Origin: Candidatus Latescibacterota bacterium
GTDB taxonomy: Bacteria > Latescibacterota > UBA2968
DNA length: 64,000 nucleotides
Assembly (NCBI GenBank): GCA_965204745.1
Contig: OZ242010.1
Span: 4,960,001-5,024,000 of the forward strand
Direction of reading: 5' to 3'
Notes under the pieces: model-generated
Databases searched by the model: none
Told to the model about the DNA's origin: nothing
What the model saw: only the letters and a program-made list of their open reading frames with translations
Shown: in pieces, positions 50,687 through 59,852 of the stretch
Numbering within the stretch: position 1 is the first letter of the stretch
How the letters are laid out: every line of letters starts with the position of its first letter
Made by a program: the position numbers and the translations under genes

Positions 50687-52423
50687 ATGACCTATTTGAA
50701 AAAAATTCGAGAGGCTCAAACACTTGTGGATGTCGCGCATATCCTCGGTGTACAGCCTAAAACAGTTTCATACCTGCTGTATATTCTAGCAGAAGCAACA
50801 AGGTACCGATCCTTTGAAATCCCAAAACGTAATGGCGGTAAGCGACTAATTAACGCGCCCGAACCTCGGTTGAAAATGGTACAGAGACGATTAGCGAACG
50901 TACTCTACGGATGCGTCGCTGAAGCTGAGAAAGACGCTCCATCACGCCGCCCACTCGCGCACGGCTTTGCACCCCGCCGCTCAATCTTCACCAATGCTTC
51001 CGTACATAAAAATCGCCGCTATGTGCTGAACTTGGACCTTGAAGACTTTTTTCCTTCACTCAATTTCGGACGTGTTCGCGGCTTCTTTATCAAGGATAAG
51101 CGTTTTAAGTTGAATGAGAAAGTAGCGACAGTCATTGCACAAATTGCGTGTCATAATAACGAGTTACCGCAGGGCAGTCCGTGTTCCCCGATCATCTCAA
51201 ATTTGCTCGGGCATCTGCTTGATGTGCGCCTCGTTCGATTGGCAGGAAAATATAAATGCACCTATTCGCGCTATGCCGACGACATCACTTTTTCTACGAA
51301 CCTCAAGGATTTCCCCCCTGCATTAGCAAAACAAAATCCTGAAAAACCTCAGCATTGGGAACTCGGCTGGCCTTTAGTGAAAGAGATACAAGATGCTGGT
51401 TTCAAAGTAAATAACGACAAAACACGAATGCAACTACGTGGATCAAGGCAAGAGACGACCGGTCTGATTGTCAACCAAAAAGTCAACATCAGATCTGAAT
51501 ATTATCGAAAAGCACGCGCAATATGCCATCAACTGTTTTCAACAGGGAGCTATTACATATCCGATCCTGAAAATCCCTTGGAGAACTTAAACAAAATTGA
51601 AGGCATTCTGAGTCATATACATTACATAAAAGATCTCGCTGATATGAGACCAGAAACAGAAAAAAAGAAATACGCGATTCGGAAATTGTATAAAAATTTT
51701 CTGTTCTATAAGCATTTTGTGGCGTTGGAAAAACCATTGATCGTAACTGAAGGAAAAACCGATCCTATGTATTTACGCCCTGCAATCAGGAAATTGACAA
51801 AATATCATCCACGGCTAGGTGCGTTTGTCGATGGCAAATTTTCAAGTGCTGTCCGCTTCCTGGGACATTCAGGCACAATTGACAGAGTACTTGAACTTGG
51901 CGGTGGTGCTAGCCATTTCAAACAATTTATCCTAACCTACGAAAAGACTATCAATTCGTTCAAATTCAGACCACTTGCACATCCTGTGATTATCCTGATC
52001 GATAACGATGACGAAGGAGAAAAGGTCTTTAAAAACAAAAAAATCAACATCATATTCAAGCGTGGAATTTCACTCAAAACCTCTGAACCGTTCTATTATC
52101 TTCACGAGAACCTATATCTTGTAAAGACGCCTGAGAACATTGTAAATTCTCAACCCTCCAAGTCCTGTATCGAACATCTGTTTGAGCCCAAGTTACTTAA
52201 AACCTGTATAGATGGAAAAACATTTGGTCTTTCAAAGAAGCACAATACAGACAAGAAGCACAATAAGGACAGCAATACGTACTCAAAAACCGTTTTTGCT
52301 AAAAAGGTAGTTATACCAAATGCCGATAAAATTGATTTTTCAGGATTCGAGAAATTGTTGGATCGTATTGTGGCAGTCATAGATGATTACGAGCAACAAA
52401 AACCTCAGTCCGCAAATTCGTAA
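50687..52423 (+). CDS. Retron reverse transcriptase fused to TOPRIM nuclease (Ec67/type I-C-like)
   Basis: IPKRNGGKRLINAP, NASVH (region X), DLEDFFPS, LPQGSPCSP, YSRYADDITFS, ETTGLIVN (VTG-like); C-terminal IVTEGKTD and IDND TOPRIM motifs. Confidence 0.92.
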   Translation: MTYLKKIREAQTLVDVAHILGVQPKTVSYLLYILAEATRYRSFEIPKRNGGKRLINAPEPRLKMVQRRLANVLYGCVAEAEKDAPSRRPLAHGFAPRRSIFTNASVHKNRRYVLNLDLEDFFPSLNFGRVRGFFIKDKRFKLNEKVATVIAQIACHNNELPQGSPCSPIISNLLGHLLDVRLVRLAGKYKCTYSRYADDITFSTNLKDFPPALAKQNPEKPQHWELGWPLVKEIQDAGFKVNNDKTRMQLRGSRQETTGLIVNQKVNIRSEYYRKARAICHQLFSTGSYYISDPENPLENLNKIEGILSHIHYIKDLADMRPETEKKKYAIRKLYKNFLFYKHFVALEKPLIVTEGKTDPMYLRPAIRKLTKYHPRLGAFVDGKFSSAVRFLGHSGTIDRVLELGGGASHFKQFILTYEKTINSFKFRPLAHPVIILIDNDDEGEKVFKNKKINIIFKRGISLKTSEPFYYLHENLYLVKTPENIVNSQPSKSCIEHLFEPKLLKTCIDGKTFGLSKKHNTDKKHNKDSNTYSKTVFAKKVVIPNADKIDFSGFEKLLDRIVAVIDDYEQQKPQSANS

Positions 52424-52446
52424 CCATACATCTTCCTGTCTATACC

Positions 52447-53430
52447 TCATCCCCGCCGCTGATTTTTCGCCTTTTCTCTAGTCTTGAGAAAGAACTGCTC
52501 ATCTCGGCGATATTGCTCAATAAGCCAATCCACAAATGTCTGACTATATTGACTGGGAGAGCCTGGGACTTTCCCTTTATAGAAATACTCAGGCTTGGAC
52601 TTTATCTTATATATTTTGTTGACGCACTGGATGTCGTAGGAATTTACCGATGATAGCCCCTCCATTTTCAAATGCTCAATTACTTCTTTCTGGCGTAAGG
52701 GATGTGATACGCTGGGATCTTTGGGAACCGTTACGATTTGAGTAGGTTCGCTATCGCCCGATCCCGACGAAAGTACTATATCCGCATCATCGGGTTTTTT
52801 CGTAAGTACCAGTTTGTACTCAATTCCAATTGAAAATTGAGTAGAGTGTTGAAGTTGGTCAAATTCCCGTTTGAGGTCTGCACAATATTTGGCAAGAAAT
52901 GTGGCTGCCTCCTGTCCGAGTTGTTTCCGCAGACGCTTGTCGGTCATGTCCAACTGCTCGGGGCCCATGTCATACACGATACTCATCATTCCTACAGGAA
53001 CCCGATCTGACAACGATATGCCAAACCACTCTTTCAGGCAACTATGGTAGTTGATCACGCCCGCTTGAAAAAGACCTATCACCTCGCGGGGAATCTGACT
53101 GATTACAAGATGGACCGATTCATCGCGCAGTTCAGCGACGCACTCTATGTTTCGCCGAATTGGGGCTTTCTCATTTGGCATAACTCGCTTCAAACACTCC
53201 CTTAATGAAAGCGTCTGCCCTTCTTTTCCCCTCTTATCAATCTTGCCTTTGTCATCCAAAATTTTTGCCTTCAACAGCAATTCCCAAGCGTTGCAAATCA
53301 GATAACAGAACGTTTCGAGACGATATTGTATTGTAAGCCTATTGATCGTTTCCAATGCGAGGATGTACGCCTCGAAGCTCTTATCAACCAAACTCTTTTT
53401 CAGATCAAATTTTTCACTCTGATTTTTCAT
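52447..53430 (-). CDS. DUF3644-like protein with HEPN-type Rx4H motif
   Basis: LVDKSFEAYILALETIN..CNAWELLLKA N-terminus; ELRDESVH; low GC. Confidence 0.7.
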   Translation of the reverse strand: MKNQSEKFDLKKSLVDKSFEAYILALETINRLTIQYRLETFCYLICNAWELLLKAKILDDKGKIDKRGKEGQTLSLRECLKRVMPNEKAPIRRNIECVAELRDESVHLVISQIPREVIGLFQAGVINYHSCLKEWFGISLSDRVPVGMMSIVYDMGPEQLDMTDKRLRKQLGQEAATFLAKYCADLKREFDQLQHSTQFSIGIEYKLVLTKKPDDADIVLSSGSGDSEPTQIVTVPKDPSVSHPLRQKEVIEHLKMEGLSSVNSYDIQCVNKIYKIKSKPEYFYKGKVPGSPSQYSQTFVDWLIEQYRRDEQFFLKTREKAKNQRRG

Positions 53431-53505
53431 AATCTATCGCCTCCTGACTCGCCCCATAGATTCCTTTTGATTGCCACAATTTACCCATACAAGCACAAAA
53501 GGGAA

Positions 53506-53555
53506 AACGAAAAAAGCCTCTTGATTTACCCCTCTTTGAGGGCTATCTTCAAAGC
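53506..53555 (+). promoter_or_regulatory. Sigma70-type promoter, copy 2 of the 50-bp direct repeat
   Basis: Same TTGATT-17-TATCTT, upstream of the R-M gene. Confidence 0.65.
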
Positions 53556-53621
53556 GTGCAAAACAAAAGGTCGTGAACGCTGAACATTCACGGCCTTCTT
53601 ACTTTTTATCCGGAGGTAGTT

Positions 53622-56600
53622 GTGCCGACTTTTGCTTTGGAACAGATAGAAGGCCAGCGATCAGCGCGGCGGGGGCGGGCGTCGGAGCGGTTGTTCAATG
53701 AGGCGTTGGCGCGTGCGTTGCAACAGACATCAGCGCGATGGAAGGGTTCGTCCGATGATTGGTTTTTGGTGGAACAGACGAATACGCTCGAGGAGTCCGC
53801 GAGTCTGTGTCCCGATATTTTGTTGCGCGATGAGGAATTGCCACCGCTGGTGATTGAAACGTCGTATCAGGGCGCGGATGCCGATGGGGATGCGGAAGCG
53901 CGTTTGGGAAAAAAAACGATTTCCGATGGCTTGGAGATCAACACGGCGTTGGCCGTGTGGATTCCGGCTCGGTTTCGCAACCTTTCCGTGAAAGAAAGCA
54001 CAGAAGCCTTGTATGCACATGCCCTAAAATACACCTTGTTTCAGCGTCTGCCATCGGCCGGAGATACGCGGCGGTTTCCCGCGGGCGGTTATTTGGAGGG
54101 CACGGTTTTCGATTTGAGTGCCTTGTTGACCGCGGCTGTGTTGCCAAAAGAATGGGTGGATGTCGAAACGGATGAAGTGGCGAAAATGGTGGAGCAGGCG
54201 GCGTCTCGGTTGGAACGCGGGTTGTCGCAAGCGCGGCAATTAGAACTGGCCTCGGTCGTCTATCAGCGCACGCCATTGAAGGGCCTGCGAACCACGATGG
54301 TGCTGTGGTTAAACGCCCTGTTGACGCAACAACGCCTGTACAGGCAAGAAGTCGCGGGCATCCCCGCACTTCCCTTTGCGGATTTGCAGACAGACCCTGT
54401 GGCACAGGCGAAGGTGTGGCGGGCGATTTTGGCATTGAATTGGCGGTCTATTTCCGAGCCTGCGGTCGATGTTTTGGATCGATCATTGGGCATGGACTTG
54501 CGAGCCACAGCGGATTCATTGGGCTTGCTCATGCAGGCGGTTCGGCGCATGGAATTGGCGCGTTTGGGGCCGCATGTGCATGTCGGCGCAGAGTTGTTTC
54601 CCAAATTGAGCGAGGATCGAAAGCGAGCCGCCGCGTTTTACACGCAACCGCCAACCGCTGAATTGCTGGCGGGCTTGACGATTCGCCCATCGGATTTGTC
54701 CGCAAGCGAATGGCAATGCGAGGACTTGTTTCGACGCCATTTCTTGGGCGATTTGGCCTGTGGCACGGGCACGCTTCTGCGCGCGGGTTATCAGCGCGTT
54801 CAAGCCCTTCACGAGCGGGCAGGCGGCGATCTCGCTTCGGTTCGGGGCTTGCACCGGGGCGCGATGGAAACCGGGTTGGTGGGCACGGATGTATCGCCCA
54901 TTGCCACGCATTTGTCCTCTTCCTCATTGGCGGCGATTGGCTTAGGCGAGCCGTATGGCGATACAAAAATCGGTTGGGTCGATGTGGGCGGTAGCGATGG
55001 GACTATCGCCGGCGTAAAGACCGGGGCATTGGAGTTTTTCGGTGCGAATGCGATAGGCGATTTGTTCACGCAACAGTTCGGTCAATCCACAGGCGCGGCG
55101 CAAGGCGGGGATGTGACCAAGCATTCCGTGGTGGTAGAGGCGTATAGCTTGGACTGGGTGCTGATGAATCCGCCTTATTCGCGGACGCGCGGAGGACAAT
55201 CGCATTTGACATCGGGGGATTGAGTTCCGCAGAGCGCAGGGCATGCCAAACGCGGTGGGGGCAGTTGGTTCAGGGAGAACCGGTGAACCGAAAAGCGGGT
55301 ATGGCCGCTTCCTTTCTCGCCCTTGCCAGCAAAAAGGTGAAATACGGCGGGCGCATCGGATTCGTCTTGCCCTTGACCGCGGCATTTGCGGATTCGTGGG
55401 CCATCACAAGAAAAATGATCGAGCGAGATTTTGAGGATATTACAGCGGTTGTGGTATCCGCGGGGCAGGCATTGGGAAAAAAGGCGTTGTCGGCAGATAC
55501 GAACATGGAAGAGATGTTGTTGGTGGCAAAACGGCGGCGGTTGGAAGATACACAGCGCGAAGGTGGGGATGCCCCGGCCCCGATTCACTGCGCGACATTG
55601 CGAAGACCACCTGCGCGTTTGGGCGAGGCAGGCGAAATTGCGCGGGCCATTCTAGTCGCATTAGATGGGATTGGCGGCGCGGGTTCTACCCGGCCGATTT
55701 TTTTAGGCGATGAGGAAATCGGCCATGTTGCGGTCTTTGCCGCGGGCGGGGAAGGCGCGCCTTGGGGGCCGTTGGGCGTGGTGCATTCAGAACTCGCGTT
55801 CCTCGACGACGCGCTTTGTCGTGGAACCCTGCATCCCATTGGCAAAGCTCCAATTGCCCTGGGCGTGGAGATGGCAACCATTGACGAAGTGTTCGCCGTG
55901 GGGCCAACGCATCATATCATCGGGCATTTGCGAGGAAACGCGCCTATAGGCGCGTTTGAGTTTTACCCCGTGCGCTCTTCCTCTGACGCCATCGGCACGG
56001 ACCGCGCGCTGTGGGCGGCAGACAGCAAAACGCAATATCAACTCCTCGTCGATCCGACCCACAAGGGAAGCACCATCCGCGATGGCGGATCTGACCAGTT
56101 CCGGGAAGATATGCGTCGCCGGAGCGGCACCCTGTTCTATGCCCGCGGCTTGCGCTGGACCTCTCAAGCCCTGTTGGCGACCATGACGCGGTTTCCCGCG
56201 ATGGGGGGCAGGTCTTGGACGAGTCTGGGGCATGTTGATGAGCGCGTATGTCGGGCAGGGGCATTGTGGTTCAACGCCACCTTTGGCTTGCTCATCCAAT
56301 GGACGCGAGGACAGCGAACCCAAACGGGCCGCTCAACAGTGCAGATCGGAGCCATCAAGAAAATCCCCTGCCCGCGGCTGGACACACTCGACGATGCCGC
56401 CCTCAACCGCGCTTCGGAGGCGTTCAATCGCTTATCCGCAAAACCGTTGCGCCCCACTTGTCAATCCCACGCCGATGCCGCCCGCCATGAAATCGACGCG
56501 GCGGTGGCTGATATGCTTGGATTGCATCCGTCAATCCTCAACGATTTGGAGGTCTTGCGCCGATTGTGGTGCGAGGAGCCATCCGTGCATGGCAACAATC

Positions 56601-56635
56601 AAACCGCCCTTCGCTTGCTAGAGGAAACCGCGTGA
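53622..56635 (+). pseudogene. Large fused restriction-modification (type IIG-like) gene split by a 1-nt frameshift near 55201
   Basis: CPDILL..VIETS, AAFYTQP, GDLACGTGTLL, LMNPPYSR; adding one base gives GQSAFDIGGLSSAERR joining 53622-55223 to 55220-56635. Confidence 0.72.
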
Positions 56636-56842
56636 CCCCTCCCCGTATCCGCTCTGATTCGGGGAGAAGTTATTCCCCCTTGTATCTTTGGGCGACGCCC
56701 CTACACTTGCCGCTCGCCTTTGAACGGGTTGTCGCCAGTTGTACCTCGCAATGGGCGGAGCGAATAATGGAGGCCAAGGGGGAGGCCAATTTGGGTTGAA
56801 AGTATCCGTCATTCGCCCTATTTTGCCTCGTCATTCAAAAGC

Positions 56843-58837
56843 ATGGGATGCGCCCCAATGGCTCTAAAATCCGACATATCTTCCGAACCTCGGCCCGATG
56901 TGCGAGACCGGGGCATCACGTTGCGCGCGGTGGTGCTCGGGATCTTGACCATCGCGCTCATGACCATCTACATCACGCATTTTGCGTGGAACATGATCAA
57001 AAACTACATGCCCGTATCCGCGTTGCTCCCCTTTGTCGCGTGGGTCGGCATCAACGCAGTCTTGAAACTCGTCGCGCCCAACCGCGCCTTGTCCCGCACG
57101 GAAATGTTGACCATCTTCTTCATGGTCTGGCTCGTGGGCAATTTGCCGACGACCGGCTGGGCAGGCTATCTCTTGGGCAACATCTCGGCCCCGGCGCACC
57201 TCGCGTCGCCGGAAAACCGCGTGGGCGACGTCATCGCGCCCCTGTTGCCGGACTGGCTCTTTTTGAAAAACTCGCCTGTGGTCATCGGGCAACTCTACGC
57301 GGGCTTGGACGCGCATACGCCGATTCCGTGGCAACCGTGGGCGCGGCCGCTCTTTTGGTGGACCGCCGGGTGCTTGTCCGTGGTCATGGCCGGGTTCTTT
57401 TGCAGCGTCTTGTTCTTCAAGCAGTGGCATGAAAACGAACGCCTCACCTTTCCCATGGCCACCTTCCCCACGGACCTGTTGCGCGAAGCGCCGGGCTACC
57501 GCCTGCCCGTCGTGTTCCACGCGCCCCTGTTCTGGGTGGGGTTTGGGATCTCGGCCTTTGTGATCTGCTGGAATGTCGCGGGGTATTTCGTCCACACCTT
57601 GCCCCACATTCCCCTGTACGACCACTTTCGGCAAATGGCCGTGTCCATCGGCTACCACTATCCGGACTACTACTTGCGCGTGCAACCCCTCATCATGGGC
57701 TTGGCCTACTTGTGCCCGCTCGACCTGCTCTTCAGCTTCTGGTTTTACAACGCGCTCAACATCCTCAAAGAAGGCATGATGAACCAAATCGGCCTGACCG
57801 TGGGCTTGCAGGGACAACGAGCCACCCCGGTCGAAATACTCGGACTGGAATCCCACGGCGCCCTCGTCTTCCTCGTGGGATGGTCCTTGTGGGTCTCGCG
57901 CAACCACCTCAAAGCCACCCTGCAACGCGCCATGACAAACGACCGCACAGCAGACGACGGCGCGCCCGTCACCTATCGCACGGCTTGGCTCGGGCTCATC
58001 GCTTCGGTCGTCTTTCTCGGCGGCTGGTGCATGGCCGCGGGCATGGAATTGTGGGCCACCTGCGTGCAACTCGTGCTGATGTTCGTCGCCCTGTTCGGCG
58101 TCGCCAAATACGCCGCGGCCACCGGCTTCACGTTCTTATCCCCCGGCGGCACCGGCGGCCTGGGCGCGGACAAGGGCGGAACGATGTGGATGCAGATGGG
58201 CGGCACGGCCAACATGTCCCCCGGCACCTTGACCACTATTTGGATGATCAACCGCAATGGCTTTGCCGGCATGCCCATTCGCCTCACCGCGACCATGTCC
58301 GTCCCCCACTACTTCCGCATGCTCGGCCATCGCCTCACGCGACACCCCTGGATCTGGGCGATCATCCCCATCGCCTATCTCGCGGGTTGCGCCGCGACCG
58401 CCAGCGATTCCCTGTATCGCAGCTACGCGGACGGCGGCATGAACGGCCCCTTGTACTTGGGCGATTGGGGGCATCTCGTGCGCTTAGTGCCCTACATCGA
58501 GGGCAGCACCATCCGCTATTTCGACATCGAAAAATTGGGCGTATGGTCGTGGGGATTCGCCCTTGCCGGCCTGCTGACCGCCATCCGCACACGCTTTTCA
58601 TGGTGGCCCTTTCACCCGGTCGCCATAGCCTTTCCCACGCGCCGCTACGGCTTTAGCCTGCTCATCGTCTGGGCGAGCAAAACCCTGGTCATGCGCTATG
58701 GCGGCGTCGCCCGCTACCGCCAATCCCTCCCCTTCTGGTACGGCCTCATGGTCGGCTACCTATTCGGCGTCGGCGTCTCCACCTGTGTCGACGCAATCTG
58801 GTTCCCCAGCGAAGGCCATTTTGTGCATGGATGGTGA
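56843..58837 (+). CDS. Polytopic membrane protein, DUF6785/DUF6784-like (putative transporter)
   Basis: KQWHENERLTFP, DLLFSFWF, WWPFHPV, PFWYGLMVG; many TM segments. Confidence 0.65.
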   Translation: MGCAPMALKSDISSEPRPDVRDRGITLRAVVLGILTIALMTIYITHFAWNMIKNYMPVSALLPFVAWVGINAVLKLVAPNRALSRTEMLTIFFMVWLVGNLPTTGWAGYLLGNISAPAHLASPENRVGDVIAPLLPDWLFLKNSPVVIGQLYAGLDAHTPIPWQPWARPLFWWTAGCLSVVMAGFFCSVLFFKQWHENERLTFPMATFPTDLLREAPGYRLPVVFHAPLFWVGFGISAFVICWNVAGYFVHTLPHIPLYDHFRQMAVSIGYHYPDYYLRVQPLIMGLAYLCPLDLLFSFWFYNALNILKEGMMNQIGLTVGLQGQRATPVEILGLESHGALVFLVGWSLWVSRNHLKATLQRAMTNDRTADDGAPVTYRTAWLGLIASVVFLGGWCMAAGMELWATCVQLVLMFVALFGVAKYAAATGFTFLSPGGTGGLGADKGGTMWMQMGGTANMSPGTLTTIWMINRNGFAGMPIRLTATMSVPHYFRMLGHRLTRHPWIWAIIPIAYLAGCAATASDSLYRSYADGGMNGPLYLGDWGHLVRLVPYIEGSTIRYFDIEKLGVWSWGFALAGLLTAIRTRFSWWPFHPVAIAFPTRRYGFSLLIVWASKTLVMRYGGVARYRQSLPFWYGLMVGYLFGVGVSTCVDAIWFPSEGHFVHGW

Positions 58838-59106
58838 AAAGCGGATCGCGGATTACGCGGATTACGCGGATGAAGGCCGAGAAAAGCGAGCGCCAGCACG
58901 CGCAAGCACGGAGTTGGGCGGACGTCTCCCGTCTCACCTCTTACCGAAGGGGGTTGGGCGGGGCGGACTGACAACTGATCTCTTAATCGGGATAGCGCAG
59001 TTGCCTTCTCCCGTCTTGCGTCTTGCGTCTCCCGTCTCACCTCTTACCGAAGGGCGGTTGGGGATGGGCGGACTGACTACTGACAACTGACCACCGGAGC
59101 CCTCCC

Positions 59107-59838
59107 ATCGACTTTCCCATACGCGAAATAGGCTATGCGAGCGGCATCTTTTGGATCGCGGGTAGTTTGCAGGGGTTGACCGGATTTGGGTTCAACCTGT
59201 TGTCCGTGCCCGCGCTGGTCTTGTGGTTTCCCGCGCAGGTGGTCGTGCCCGGGGTATTGATGTCGTATTTGCCCTTGGGCATCGGGCAGTTTGTGCAACT
59301 GCGGCGCGATGTGGATTGGCGCGTGCTCGGCACCATTGTGGGCAGCGCGATTGTGGGCATGCCCTTGGGGGCGTTCTCGTTGCGCGATACAGATGCCGAA
59401 GTGATGAAACGCGCGATTGGGTTGGCAATGGTGGGATTGGCGATTGTATTGCAAGTGCGCCCGGGCCGCCCGTTTCAGCGCGGCGAGGCAACTTGTCTGG
59501 GCGTGGGCGCGTTCAGTGGGTTTTTGTCGTCGAGCATTGGCGTGTCCGGCCCGCCGCTGGTCTTGTTCGGCCTGAAACAACGCTGGCCCCACGCGATGAT
59601 GCGCGCCACGCTTTTGACCTGCTTTTTGTGTACGTCCGCGCTGAGTTTGGGCGCATTGTGGCTGGTGGGCGTTGCGACATTTGAGAGCGTGCAATTCGTC
59701 CTTTGGGGCGCGCCGGGCTTGGTGTTGGGATTTGTAACCGCGACGTACCTCCGCAGGCGCGTTCACCGCGTCGCCGCGTTTCGCTGGATTTCAATCGGCA
59801 TGGTCATGGCCGGCGGATTGGCCGCGGCGATTTTTTAG
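59107..59838 (+). CDS. TauE/SafE (TSUP) family exporter; start uncertain (ATC at 59107 or TTG at 59167)
   Basis: [14 protein letters not shown] motifs; open frame extends to ATC 7 nt after GGAG. Confidence 0.8.
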   Translation: MDFPIREIGYASGIFWIAGSLQGLTGFGFNLLSVPALVLWFPAQVVVPGVLMSYLPLGIGQFVQLRRDVDWRVLGTIVGSAIVGMPLGAFSLRDTDAEVMKRAIGLAMVGLAIVLQVRPGRPFQRGEATCLGVGAFSGFLSSSIGVSGPPLVLFGLKQRWPHAMMRATLLTCFLCTSALSLGALWLVGVATFESVQFVLWGAPGLVLGFVTATYLRRRVHRVAAFRWISIGMVMAGGLAAAIF

Positions 59839-59852
59839 GCAGAAGGAAAATA

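Noticed and set aside
37027-52423. Diversity-generating retroelement linking the RT to duplicated adhesin domains
   Set aside because: Differences between copies are not adenine-specific, and the RT has retron motifs with its own msr/msd
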